The notes: a model not told the origin generated them from the sequence alone. Positions 24,490-36,855 are shown, counted from the stretch's first letter. The stretch: 64,000 nucleotides of DNA from Octopus sinensis (GCF_006345805.1 NC_043016.1:18910001-18974000), one strand, 5' to 3'. Made by a program: numbers and translations.

Positions 24490-25990
24490 TAACTGTCCAT
24501 TTTCTCTGACTTTTCTCTCAATTTCACTTGAGCTGTGCAGTCTGTAGAATGGAAATATTATAAAGTTTTTCGGATCTTTTCGGTTTGACCGGCAGTTTTT
24601 TCTAGCGGTGTCATATGAAATTGTCACCCATAATTATGACCCTAGTATCGATCTATTGCATTTCAATCTGTTTTAGGGTTAGGGTTAGTTAGGGTTAGGG
24701 GTGGGGGGAAGGGTATCTTTTTTTTTTCTTCACTAATGCAAATAAACCCAATCTGTTTCTTAAACGAGGGACATATTCATACGGCGCAGATGTTTTTTTT
24801 TACCTCAATAGACGTATTTGATTGGTTGAAATTGCCGAAGTGCAAGAAATTAAAGACCAAATATCTTACAAACTATAGAATTTTCTCAATAAAGCCAAGA
24901 GAAAAACATGTTTTATAAACACATTCTACCAGTATACGAAGTTTAAAATTTTTTAGTTACCTAAAAATTATGTTAAAAACTGCCGTTCAAACCGAAAAGA
25001 TCCACTTTTTCTGACCACATGTTCCAGGTGATATCTGACGAACATCAGGGTCCCTAATTTGCTGTCGGTGCACACGTGAACACTCCGACAATGCATTCCC
25101 AATCTGACCAACATATATCTCTTCACAATCCGGGGTTTTGATGCAGTAAATTAAATTTCTGCTTTTGCACTTCATATTTGCATTTGCAATTATGCTTTCG
25201 GTTTTTGTGCTCATTTATTGACCGGTATGTATGAACTGATATGTATCACATCGATTATCATTGCATTTAGATACAATGAATGAATTGTCATTGTTGCTTA
25301 GGTCAAACTTTGCCTTTGTTAATTATTGTTTCAAGTTCTTCAGCTGTCTTTTATTTAGAATCATAGCCCGATCCGTGATTATATCCTTTAATTCATTGCT
25401 TGAAGCAACTATCGGCAAGTTTGCTTTGACAATGCTAAAGATATTTTGGTGACACGGATTGTGTGCCACTATAAATGGTATGACCTGTTCTTGTTTTCCT
25501 CCTTTTGGGGTTACCCTAAGTCATTTATGGGTATTTCTATAAAACGCTGTATACATTTTCTAAAAGTAGACTTAGATATATTTGTTTGAGTATAAATTCA
25601 TTGAGTTTTGTTAGGCGTTTGTTTCTGGTATTTACATCTCCCCACTATGGTACAAATTTTTCTAGCTAGGCAGTATGGGATACCGCGTTTTGTATGTGTT
25701 GGATAGCACGATTTAAAGTTCAGGTATTGCCACTTTTAATTACCATTATGTCTTGAAATGGTAATTTGGTACTATTCATCATTATAAATTGGAGAGTTGG
25801 GTGTAGATTGTTCAGAAAGATATTAAATTCTTCCAGAGTATCTGAAGAATTTGTCTAGATAATGAAACAATCGTCAAGGTATCTCTTCCATATATATACC
25901 CTCTAGATTCAGTGCCGTAATATTCCTCTCCTCTTTGATAGAGTTGGGATGTAACTGATGACGTACTCCTGCGGGCGGCATACATAGAAT
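24490..25990 (-). mobile_element. Penelope-like element remnant (RT + GIY-YIG endonuclease), interrupted by a MITE
   Basis: YIWKRYLDDCFI at ~25860-25900; NLIYCIK..EIYVGQIG..RVHRQQI in ORF 24987-25214; continues after the MITE as NFIIFPFYRLHSSSEIERKVRE. Confidence 0.8.
24572..25003. mobile_element. Non-autonomous TIR DNA transposon (MITE) with internal TTAGGG repeats
   Basis: 29-bp TIRs ggatcttttcggtttga(c/a)cggcagttttt at 24572-24600 and 24975-25003; 8-bp flanking repeat agtttttc/actttttc; ttagggttagggttagttagggttagggg at ~24673-24701. Confidence 0.88.
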
Positions 25991-26289
25991 TAACCAGGAG
26001 ACACCTTCACCTTAAGTTGAAGGCAAATCTATACAAGGTCACTCCACCCAACGCTGTATTCCAGCACCCCAACACTGAGATGGGGATTTCTCCATACGCA
26101 TACTAGGAAGAGGAAGAGAGGAATTTAGCCTCAAAATATCAGACACACTATATTGACAAGCAGGCTCCTAACCTGAACCACCGTAATGAGCTGGAAGCGT
26201 GGAAACACGTCTACTGCTTCCAGGATCTTTAATCGTGAAAGAGCAAAACACTAACCATAATCTTAAAACGCTCAGTCGAAAGCTTTCAC

Positions 26290-27140
26290 AAAAGAAGCCA
26301 GAACTTTTCAATATTATTTTATTCACTTAACTTTAGAAATTTACACTTTTATGGCCTTCAAAGTATTCTCTGTTTGAAGCAATGCATCAGTAAAGACGCA
26401 TTTTTCGCTATTTGAAGTAGTGCTGGATCCCTTGCGAAGTGATGCCTTTTAATACCTTCGTTTTTTTCTTCACCTTTTCCACATCTGCAAATTCCGTAGC
26501 TCCAGCTTTCGACACCAGCGATGACCTTCGAAAGAAGGTCCGGATCAACTTCCAACTGTTTTTTTCAGTTCACTATACGTATTCTGTCGTGACTGCTTTT
26601 GATCTTCCGTGAGCAAGCTAGGCACAAAGTTTGCTGCAACCTCTTTTCATTCACAATTCCCCGCTCAAAATTTGTTGGTTAAAGCTCCTGGATACACCAG
26701 TCATATCAATAAGTTCGTCACTTGTTCGGTGATGGTCGTCGAAGATCAGTTTATAAATTTTCATGATGTCTTCATTCGTTCAGGAGGTTGACGGACGCAC
26801 TTGACCATTCCTAAAACGTAAAAACCACTTGTAAATTTGTGTTTTGCTCGAAGCAGCGTCCTTGAAAGGTATTTGAAGTATGACAACTGTTTCCCCGGCA
26901 GAAAACAGAATTTTACAGAAGCAAGTTGCTCCCTCATTCCAGCCATAGCAAAATCGATGAACAGGAGAGAAGTACTGCAAACAAAGAAGCACCGCGTGAC
27001 ACTAAGACTTCACTCGACGACGCCGGTCGGCATACTGATGTCTTGGGGGTAGCATCAAGTGGCTTCTAGCAGCTGAAGCCTAAACTACAGCCGCCTTGTT
27101 CCACAGCGAATGATTCCGGTTATTTTGGGGTACCTCCTCG
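26290..27140 (-). mobile_element. mariner (DD34D-type) remnant with internal deletions
   Basis: MAGMREQLASVKFCF, ETVVILQ..SKTQIYKWF.RFRNG, KVIAGVESWSYG; 5' TIR cgaggaggtaccccaaaataaccggaat ending 27140 followed by TA; other TIR only vestigial. Confidence 0.75.
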
Positions 27141-27264
27141 TAACATCCTGCAACAAGTCTCACCCCCAAGTCACACGCCACATGTAGAGTAAACAATCTA
27201 GCCTTCCATCTACATACCCAACAATTTATCTATATATCTATTAATCCACCTGTCAATCCTTTTA

Positions 27265-27298
<34 letters not shown>

Positions 27299-27301
<3 letters not shown>

Positions 27302-28380
27302 GGGTTGGACAAAATAATGGAATCACCTTGCATTATAGCATCATAATTTTGAAAATATCTATAAAACCGTCAAAAGCTTGTTTATTTATATGTTTTTTTT
27401 TTATTTATTATTAGTGTTGCTTAATATGTTTTGCTAAAATTGCTGTTTCTTTTCAGATATCATCAGAAAAAGGTAATTAAAATTCATTAAAATCATAGAT
27501 CTATCAGACTTTCAATGAGGTCAAATTGTTGGTGCTCGTATGGCAGGCGTTAGCGTAACGAAAATAGCCGAAATGTTTGGTGTATCAAGAAGTACTCTCT
27601 CGAAAATAATGACAGCCTTTGAGAGAGAGGGAAAATCTCGTCGAAGCAAACTCCGGAAGAAAGCCAAAGCGTTTAGATAGGGACCGTTGGACTCTTACGC
27701 GAATTGTTAGAAAGGATCACAAAAGTACAGGTCCCAAAATTACTGCAGAGCTTAATGACCACCTCGAGAACCCAGTTTCAACAAAAACTGTTCGCCGGAA
27801 GCTGCACAAAGCCGGATTTCATGGGAGGGCTACAATCAGAAAACCACTACTTTAAAAAACAAACGTTGCAAAGCCTTTAGAGTGGAATTAAAACCTACAG
27901 AATTTGTCCATAGAGCAGTGGGAAAATGTTATTTTCTCGAGCAAATTATCCTTTACCTTATTTTCGACTACCGGCCGAGTATACGTGTGGACACAGCCAA
28001 AAGAAACATTTGATCCAGACTGCCTTCTTCCAACTGTTAAACATGGAGAAGGATCTGTGATGATCTGGGGGCTATCTTAGAAATCCGCCGGTCCAATGTT
28101 TTCCCTTCATGGAAGAATTAACAGTCAAGACTATTTAAGCATTTTATCTAACCAAATTCATCTTATAGTTGAGCATCTTATCTGGCCACCACAGTCGCCA
28201 GATCTCAATATTATTGAAAACTTATGGTGCATTTGAGAAAAACATTTAAGGAGTCGATATCCTCGACCATCACTACAAAACTGAAGACTGTTGTAGCTGA
28301 AGAATGGACAAAAATTCCTTTCGAAACAATTTAAACTTCTGTTTGAAATTTTAAGGTGTTTCCATTATCTTGTCCTACCC

Positions 28381-28383
<3 letters not shown>
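27299..28383 (+). mobile_element. Tc1-family DNA transposon, internally deleted, flanked by (TA)n
   Basis: TIRs caggggttggacaaaataatggaatcacc and ggtgtttccattatcttgtcctacccctg (26/29); transposase remnants SGRKPK, RKPLL, TVKHGEGSVMIWG, WPPQSPDLNIIENLW; second catalytic Asp region deleted. Confidence 0.9.
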
Positions 28384-28410
<27 letters not shown>

Positions 28411-28411
<1 letters not shown>

Positions 28412-28575
28412 CGACGGGCTTCTTTCAGTTTCCGTCTACCAAATCCATTCACAAGGCTTTCGTGTTGGGCCCAGGCGATAATAGAAAACACTCGCCCAGG
28501 TTACCACGCAGTGGGACTGAAACCCGGAACCATGTGATTGGTAAGCAAGCTACTTAACACACAGCCATTCCTACG

Positions 28576-28578
<3 letters not shown>
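28411..28578 (-). mobile_element. SINE family B (tRNA head + CORE-like segment), first half
   Basis: Minus strand ggcgtaggaatggctgtgttaagtagcttg…ggttccgggtttcagtcccactgcgtgg…ggaaactgaaagaagcccgtcg(TA)n. Confidence 0.8.
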
Positions 28579-28627
<49 letters not shown>

Positions 28628-28717
28628 GTATGTATATACATATATATACATATATATATATATATATTATATATATATACACACACACACGTATACACAC
28701 CACACACATTATATATA

Positions 28718-28869
28718 TACTTTATTCAAAAGCAGCAGAAATATCACAAAAACTGTTACTCAGAGTTTCACGTTCCCGTTCGTCGGACAGTTTTGTTAGA
28801 ATTCTAACAAAACTATCCATCGAATGGAACAGTTTTTGTCATATTTCTGCTGCTTTTAAATAAAGCGTA
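28718..28869. mobile_element. Short foldback (palindromic) element carrying a hammerhead
   Basis: Outer arms tactttattcaaaagcagcagaaatatcacaaaaactgtt / aacagtttttgtcatatttctgctgcttttaaataaagcgta; centre gttagaattctaac. Confidence 0.8.
28749..28794 (-). ncRNA. Type-I hammerhead motif with U4C core variant (HHR-3)
   Basis: Minus strand aaaactgt-CCGACGA-acg GGAA cgt-GAAA-c tctga g-UA-acagtttt: 8-bp stem I, GNRA-capped stem II, near-palindromic ACTC(T)GAGT stem III, GUA triplet. Confidence 0.72.
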
Positions 28870-29061
28870 TTACTCTACCTCTGGTATCCTAGTATTCTTT
28901 TTTCCACCTTGCTTCACATTTACGTGCTTACTCCGGTATATTTAACATTATAGTCGATTTGGATATAATCATATTTGATAATAGAGTTTATTATAAGTAA
29001 AAATATTATATTATATATATTATTTATATATTAAAAATATTGATTATATTTTAGATATTTA

Positions 29062-29130
29062 AACCACCTGAAGAATGACTGTAACTCGAAAATTTTAAGA
29101 ATTGAACAGCCATGAAACAATCGTAGTGTT
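29062..29130 (+). ncRNA. Minimal type-I hammerhead motif (HHR-4)
   Basis: cac-CUGAAGA(29068-29074)-atgactgt…acagccat (7/8 bp)-GAAA-c aatc g-UA-gtg; stem III ACAATCGT is one change from a palindrome. Confidence 0.72.
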
Positions 29131-30009
29131 ATATTAATTATCTTTTTTAATAATTTTGATATATATTTAAATAATATAAATTAATTATCTTATGTATTGG
29201 CTTAAGTTTTTCATTGTATGATTTGCCTAATAGTGGTTTTATCTCTAATTTAATATATATATATATATATATATTATCTATATTATATATGATTTATTTG
29301 CTTTTATTTTTAGACAAATGTATTTCATTGAAGCTGTATTTCCGTTAGTAGGAATCTCAGCCCAAGTCATTCATACGTGTATGAATCAATGCTAAGGCGT
29401 TAAAACTGTATAGATATAATAATGTTTATTAGTTATTTTGAGAGAGCTTATGTATTATGTAAATACTTTTACTTCATTCAAATTTCTATTATTACATATG
29501 AGGATGAACGACAAGACAAATAATTTCGTTTTTCTTGTCAAAGAGATATTAAATAGGATCCAGATTTTCTCGGTATTGCCAAAAAAAATAAGTAAGGTTT
29601 TTAATGATCCCATGACGTGTAAAACCTGTGTGATCTTAGATCTATATTTATTAGCTACTGAAACCACAATCACCAGTGATACGAGGTACTGGGAAACAAT
29701 GTGAAGTGTCAGTTGTTTAATAACTTCTCTCTGACACTCGTCATCTCTGTAGTCATGGTTCTTAGCTCTCAACGATTCAATATACATGGCTGCAAACAGG
29801 TCCCACATAATAGTACAGCTTACTTAGTCATGTCCATTATAATGGCACATAACTGTTAACAACCTAATAGCATAGGTATAAACAAATACCACTGCATGCT
29901 ACCGTTAGTAGTACTTTTTCTTCACATCCAATATATATTTCTTTACTACCCACAAGGGGCTAAACATAGAGGGTACAAACAAGGACAGACAAAGGGATTG
30001 AGTCGATTA

Positions 30010-31284
30010 CGAGGGGCGTTCAATAAGTAATGCCTCTGACCCACTTCCCATAGCAGTAGAGCAACGACACTTGGCACAGTTATTAGTCTTTTCCTACATA
30101 GGAACTGCCCAGAGTTACGCATTTCTCCCATCGTTTGATACAGCTCTGGAGACCGTTTTTGTAGAAGACCCCAGATTGGTCCTCCAACCACGACGTGACT
30201 TCAGAAATCAAGGCTGCATCATCTGGGAAACGCTTTCCTTTCAAAATCAACTTCATGGCTGGGAAGAGGTGAAAATCAGAGGGTGCAAGGGGAGGAGTTC
30301 ATAGCTGCACGCCTGTGCTTCTGATCTGGCGACACGCGAGTTGTGGACCGGAGCGTTCTCCTGCAGGAGGAGGATACCTTTGCTGATCTTGCCCCGCCTC
30401 TTGATTTTGATAGCTTCTCTTAATTTCCTCAAAAGTGAAGCATAATAGGCTCCTGTAATTGTGGTACCCTTTGCCAGGAAATCTGTCATCACTACTCCGT
30501 CCTGGTCCCAGAAGACTGTGAGCATGACCTTGTCAGCGGAGGGCTGCACCCTTGCCTTCTTTGGAGGAGGTGAGTCACGGTGTTTTCACTGCATTGTCTG
30601 GGCTTTGGTCTCTGGATCATCGTGATGGACCCAGGTTTTATCCTGTGTAATCAGTCTTTTGAAAAATTTTGACTCATCTTCTTGGCACATCTCCAAATTC
30701 ATCCTCGAGCACTCAACGCGTTCTTGCTTCTGGAAAGGTGTAAGCAACCTGGAAATCCATCTGGCAGACACCTTTTGCATATGCAAATGGTCATGAATGA
30801 TAGTTTCCACAGACCCGGTACTAATCTTGACTTCATGGGCTATTTGGCGAATAGTTATGCGTTGACCTTCCAAAATGGCAGCCTCAACTTGACGGACAGA
30901 CGTCTCATCAACGGCAGAAGGGGGCGACCAGATCTGGGAGCTGTTTCCACAGAGTTCCGACCATGTTTGAATTCACAATGCCAGCGTTTTACAAGGTCAT
31001 ATGATGTGGCATCATCACCATAAGTTACGTTACATTCATTTCATCAAAAGTCTCCCGTGGTGTGCGTCCTTTCAAATACAAAAACCAGATCACTGCTCGA
31101 CACTCAACAGGCTCCATTTCACACTTCACTCAGTTCAAACACCTGTAAATCAGAAACCACAATTAGTTCAGAGCTGTAATTCGCCACTTAATCTACAGAG
31201 GTATAAATAAGTGCACATGCAAAATTTCAGCTAGATCAAACAACTGCAAGTGGGTCAGGGGCATTACTTATTGAACGCCCCTCG
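30010..31284 (-). mobile_element. mariner DNA transposon (DD34D), full length with TIRs and TA TSD
   Basis: 37-bp TIRs cgaggggcgttcaataagtaatgcc(t/c)ctgacccactt at both ends, TA on each side. Confidence 0.95.
30083..31117 (-). pseudogene. mariner transposase, disrupted
   Basis: MEPVECRAVI start at 31117; KVSARWISRLLT, LITQDKTWVHH, KVMLTVFWD, LLQENAPVH; the HPPYSPD motif is deleted; ends RWEKCVTLGSSYVGKD*. Confidence 0.88.
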
Positions 31285-32299
31285 TACATCGACCCCAGTG
31301 CGAAACTGGTACTTAATTTATCGACCCCGAAAGGATGAAAGGCAAAGTCGACCTCGGCGGAATTTAAACTTGGAACGTAACGACAGACGAAATATGGCTA
31401 CGCATTTCGCCCGGCGTGCTAACGTTTCTGCCAGCTCGCCGCCTTCACATCCAATATAGGGACTAGTCGAGTGAGACATATGTTGACAACGCGTTTAACT
31501 TTGTCCATAATGTCTAGCTTTTTGTTGCTCTACGTGCCATGACGCTTAACTGTCAACAGTCCCCTCAACCTAGCATAAAGCAGATAGTACAATTCAATAT
31601 ATTTCACAATATTGTTTTAGGGTCAACTGTCTGCAGTACAGCACCTAGCTGTCAGTAAATGAGGTCTATAGATCATTGCACAATGACCATAGCCAAGGCA
31701 CCTGACTGGAAATTCAGTCTGCTCAGCTACAATTAGTACCAAAATGTCGTGTAATATAGTATGCAGTTCCCAGATAAAAATACTTATCAATATTCTACAC
31801 TATATAGCTAGATAATATAGTTAACCATTTTCAAGTAATCAGACTAGTTGAATGAACAGTCTATTGATTGGTTTTAAGGTCTGTGTCCAAATCATCCCCT
31901 CAGAAAAGCTAAGTGTTCATCATCTTAAGCACATAAAATGCATTTTTCATCTAATCAATAACATAAATACGTAGATGGAATAAAAGAAGAAAAGAGAGAG
32001 AAGTGAAATGCAAGCTCATAATTAAAACTCCAATCATATTTTCAATACTTAGTAACAATATATGTCTTTGTAAAACTGAATTTAAAAATATTGAAGAAAT
32101 AGAGGTAATAAGATCGTAATATATTGCAGCTATATAACATAGACCCAATATATGATTTACTTCATATGCAGCAAGACATATATTACACATCATATATTAT
32201 ACATTGTATTCTACCGAATGCATACGCATCATATAGTTTACAGAACGCACTATACAACCTTTTACACAACGCACTACACAACACATAAATCAGACGCCA

Positions 32300-33960
32300 G
32301 ACATTTTTTTAATGTTTTGCTATCAAATGTAACAAGATTACTTTCTCCGATGATCTCAAGGTAAAGACATTACTGGTGAGCTACGCCCGAGAACAGATTT
32401 GATTCTGTGTATGCCATCATCAGTACATGTCTCACTCCCTAATGAGCGAGGAACGAGAATTACGTTCATGATGGAAATGATTGTTGACAACTACGTTTTT
32501 AACTCAGTTGAGATGTTTAAAAAATTTGGGAAAGGATACTTTGTGATGTGCTTTCAAAATTTAAGGTCGTTTTATGAGATGGGAAGGTGAGAGAGGAAAG
32601 AGGGGGATATTGTAGCAACTGATGAAAGTAGGATCTTACTCTGCGCAGAAAATGTTGAATATGATGAAAGAAGTGCCATCCAGAGTGGTTGCAAAGTTTT
32701 CATGGAATTATAAGAGGAGTTTCTACACGCATCAGTCTCGTGTATGTGGTAGCTACTTTGAAGCAAGGCATATAAGATGAGTATGAAAAGAGTTTTTTGA
32801 GATCATGTGTGAAGGATTGTTGGCGAAGAGAATGAAGAATGTGGAAGTTTTAATAGTACTGCTGCTTACAGTTCTATCATGATTGCGAAATGGTATCAGA
32901 ATTTGTATTAACTCTCTTGGTGTGAAGGCTTTCCTGCAAACTGGGAGGTGAGAAAATCTTAGATGTGTAATCTATGAAGACATCTGTTACCTTTTTACAT
33001 TGCAGTATTTCAGAAATTACAGTCGTAGTTAAAGCGCCCCCGCCCCAGTTAATAGTGGTGTGTAACCTACTTCAAGGCTTGTAGGTAGTAAACATTTACT
33101 TGTATTAGTTTGGAGAGTTATTGGCTCTGGTTATGTTAGACATATGAATGAGTGTCCTAAGCAAATGGTTTAGATCACTCACTTAGCTATCTCAAATGGT
33201 GTGTTAGCTAACGTAAGCAGTAGTATGATTAGAATGAAAGTGTGGTGTGTCGTAAGAATTTGTGCGTCGTTTTGGCTTCATTAAGCCGTGATATGACAAT
33301 TTCAATAGTACAGAGTCAGTGATTGTCGGATAAAAGTTAAGTTTTGAAGAACACCAATTCGAACGATGTTTAATATTTAGAACAGTATTAGTGTTTTCTT
33401 GCATTTATCAGAAATACAATGTTTACTCAATGGTAAAGTTAGTTAAAAGATGGCAAAAAATTCATACTCTGTAACAATAATGCAGAATAAGGATACCACA
33501 AAAGTAGTGTACATTAATGCACCGGGCATTATTAGTTCAGTGAGGTGAAGTATGACAGACGATGTTTTCAATACAGGAAGTGAGATAGTTGAATAGTTGA
33601 TGGTGGTTGGAGGAATTTGAGATACGTTAGATAATTTGGCGGAATAGTGAAAAGAGACTTAGAGCCAGATTAAATATGCCTTTGTCCTTGAATTCAAGGT
33701 GAAAGAAGTGAATGGAGAGGAAAGAGAATTCTACATATGGTCAGTCACGACCTTTCGAAGTTAATCTGAATTATTGATTATGGCTTGAGGAGTAGAGATG
33801 GGTTATAGAGAAGGAGAGATTTGTGTCTCAGATAAGAATAGAATGTGTGGTTTGTGTATTGCTATGAGAGGTGAGGGTGATCTAGGTTAGACCGAAATCC
33901 ACGTAAGTTAGCAAAGAGTATTACATGGCAAAGATATTGTTGAAATGAATGCCGACAACA
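32300..33960 (-). mobile_element. Highly decayed CR1-group (L2/Crack-like) LINE remnant
   Basis: Minus strand FANLRGFRSN and ILFLSETQI (APE N-terminus) near 33850-33930, QLFNYLTSCIENI, broken GDFNVH-like motif; rest barely translatable. Confidence 0.45.
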
Positions 33961-34546
33961 TATAAGAACCTACTATTTGTTTGGTTGAAATTGAATTACG
34001 GTAGTGAAATCTATAAGCAATGGTATTCAGACAGAGGAGGTCAAGTGCATGAATCAAGAACAATGATACGATGCAAGAAATGGACAATGTAGTATTGGGA
34101 AATTTCTGAGAGAAGTTCTGAGAACGGAAGCGTGTGTATGTGTACGTATTTGCGTGCGTGCGTACTTGTGTACGTGCGTGTGTGCGTGCATGCGTGCATG
34201 CGTGCGTGCGTGCATGTGTGCGTGCGTGTCTGTATGTATGCGTTTGTGTGTATGTGTGTATGTATGTGTGTGAGGCTCATCTCTGATTTGGCAACTGTTG
34301 TACAATGAATACAACTGCATAAGTACAGAGCCATGTGCATATTATGTATATGCGATGGTGTGAGCTGAGAATGATCTATCCTGTATAAGTAAGCTATAAT
34401 ATATTTATATATATTAATACAATATTTAAAAAATGTTATATAAAAAAAAAGCAAATAGGTATGGATGTGGCAGTCTTCTTCGATGGAGCTTATTGTTAAA
34501 CATTATGATTGCAATCAGGTTTTGAGCTGGATGTAAATAATATATA

Positions 34547-34584
<38 letters not shown>

Positions 34585-34800
34585 CATACGCATAACACAT
34601 ATATATATATATACATATATATATGTATAAACATGTATATATATGCACATAAATATATATACATACATGCATACATATACACACATACACACATACACAC
34701 ACACACACATATAGTTGAAATTTATAGACAAACAAAATACGAAGAGAGGTGTATGAACAACAAGCAACTGTATTAATTTAACGCTCGGAAAAATGAAAAA

Positions 34801-34839
34801 GTTTTTTACGTTTCGTGCCTACGCTCATCAAAAGAAAGG
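34801..34839 (-). ncRNA. Degenerate hammerhead-like motif (C3U)
   Basis: Minus strand ttctt-UUGAUGA-gcgtaggcac-GAAA-cg-UA-aaaaac; ACGT palindromic stem III but weak stems I and II. Confidence 0.4.
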
Positions 34840-34920
34840 AATGATAGAGAAAATTAATGAAACAGAGAATGAAAAAAACTAGTAGATTTCAGCGGTGCAG
34901 TTGAATGTATATATGTATAG

Positions 34921-35102
34921 GAGCACTCCGTCGGTTACGACGACGGGGGTCCCAGCTGATACGATCAACGGAACAGCTTGCCCGTGAAATTAGCGTGTAC
35001 GTGACTGAGCACTAAACAGACACGTGTACACTTAACGTAGTTTTCAGGGAGATTCAGCGTGGCACAGAGTGTGACATGGCTGGCCCTTTGAAATACATGT
35101 AT

Positions 35103-35141
<39 letters not shown>

Positions 35142-35362
35142 TACTACTACTACTACTACTACTATTATTATTACTACTACTACTACTACCACTACTAACT
35201 ACTACTACTACTACTACTACTACTCATTTTTGCCAATTGAGCGGACTGGAGCAACGTGAAGTAACGTGTCTTGCCCAATGACACAGCGCGTCGCAGGGAA
35301 TTGAACTCACGACCTTACGAACGTGAGTCGAATGCCCTAACCACTAAGCCACGCGCCTTCAC
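34921..35362 (-). mobile_element. tRNA-derived SINE family D with internal (TAG)n tract
   Basis: Head ggcgcgtggcttagtggttagggcattcgactcacgttcg…gagttcaattccc; gtgtcattgggcaagacac; (ACT)n at ~35100-35225; 3' part ending gtcgtaaccgacggagtgctc. Confidence 0.75.
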
Positions 35363-35426
<64 letters not shown>

Positions 35427-35529
35427 ATGCATAAGTATATATACACACGTATATATAGATACACACACATATTTATACATATAAAGGATTGAACAGACAG
35501 ATCACAACAAGAAGAAAGATTTACACAAA

Positions 35530-36497
35530 AGCAGTTCAAACCGACCTTATGAAAATGATAACAACCTAACTATGATAGCCTTGAAAATAAACCAAGGGGT
35601 AAGCCAAAATCAGTTATTCGGCATGATGGATTAAGTTCTTTGGTTGAACAAAATCCGAGAACAAATGTTCGAAATCTTTCATCAGAACTCCAAACATCTC
35701 GCTTAACAGTTTTGGGACACCTGTAAAAAATTGGAAAAGTCAAGAAAACGGATAGGTTTGTTCCACATCAATTGAACGAGATTAAAAAAAAAAGCCTATG
35801 CCTCGAAGTGAGCTCCTTATTGCTTTCTTGGCTAGAAAAAGGCCATTTTTGCATCAAATCATTACTTGTGATGAGAAATGGTTACTCTTTGACAACAGCA
35901 GGAGAACAGAACAGTGATTAGATGCAGAAGAATCACCAAAACACTACCCAAATCCACCATTGCACTCTAAAAACTTAGTGGTCACTGTATGGTGGTCTGC
36001 GAAGGAAGTTATTTATTATTCATTTTTGCGACAAGGAAAAATGGTAATTGCAAAATCGTATTGCAAGGAAATTTATTGCATGCATGAGAATTTGAAAAAA
36101 AACCAGACTAGTGAATAGTGATGGCCAAATTTTGTTCCACGACAATGCACGTCATCACATTCTTCAAGCTACGGTCCAAAAGTTGCAACATTCTCCCTAT
36201 TCCCCTGATACCCCTTCTACTGATCATCACTTATTCTAGTATTTTGAGCTTTTCATAAGCAATAAAACATTCTTAACTAGAGAAGAGGTGATTGAAGCAT
36301 TCGGACAGTTTATCACAGGAAAAGATAAATTGTTTTGTTTTTTTTTAAAGATGGAATATATGACATAGAGAAATGTTGGGTTAAACTTCATAAATGAACA
36401 TAGATCATACTTTGATTAAATAAATCAGTTCTCTAACACTTCTGAAGCATTTTATTGTTACCTTTCAAATACGAAATTTCATGTGAAACAACTAATA
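35530..36497 (+). mobile_element. mariner (DD34D) remnant, second lineage
   Basis: LENKPRGKP, FVPHQLNE, IITCDEKW, NLVVTVWWS, LFHDNARHH; degenerate 3' TIR ending …gaaacaactaata. Confidence 0.8.
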
Positions 36498-36710
36498 CGT
36501 AGAAAACTGGATTTAGCAATTCAGTCAACTCTGCTAGAGGTTTTTCCTCTACTGCAGATACTCTTCTTTTTAGACGTACTATACGTCTACAAATTATCTT
36601 TCCCGAGACGAATACCGAAATAGTGTGATGTTATTGTGGCATCTTCACGTTAAGTAACATATGCAGAATGCTAATTCGATTATATAATATATTTCCATCG
36701 ATAATAAGGA

Positions 36711-36795
<85 letters not shown>

Positions 36796-36855
36796 GATAT
36801 ATATATATATATAGATATATTATATATATATATTAATATATATATATATAATATA

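Larger units (their letters stand above)
29938..31445 (-). mobile_element. SINE family A (A2 tail) split by a mariner insertion
   Basis: Tail half 29938-30009 and head/core half 31285-31445 join as …gtcgatTA|catcgacccc once the mariner and one TA are removed. Confidence 0.9.

Noticed and set aside
24673-24701. TTAGGG repeats as telomere or chromosome-fusion relic
   Set aside because: Only a few units, located inside a TIR-bounded MITE.
25836-25880. CTGAAGA…GAAACAATCGTC hammerhead-like string on the + strand
   Set aside because: Stem I cannot form, and it is the antisense of the PLE RT motif YLDDCFII, so it is coincidental.
29455-29808. 117-aa minus-strand ORF with a hydrophobic stretch (possible receptor fragment)
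   Set aside because: No recognisable family motif or splice context.
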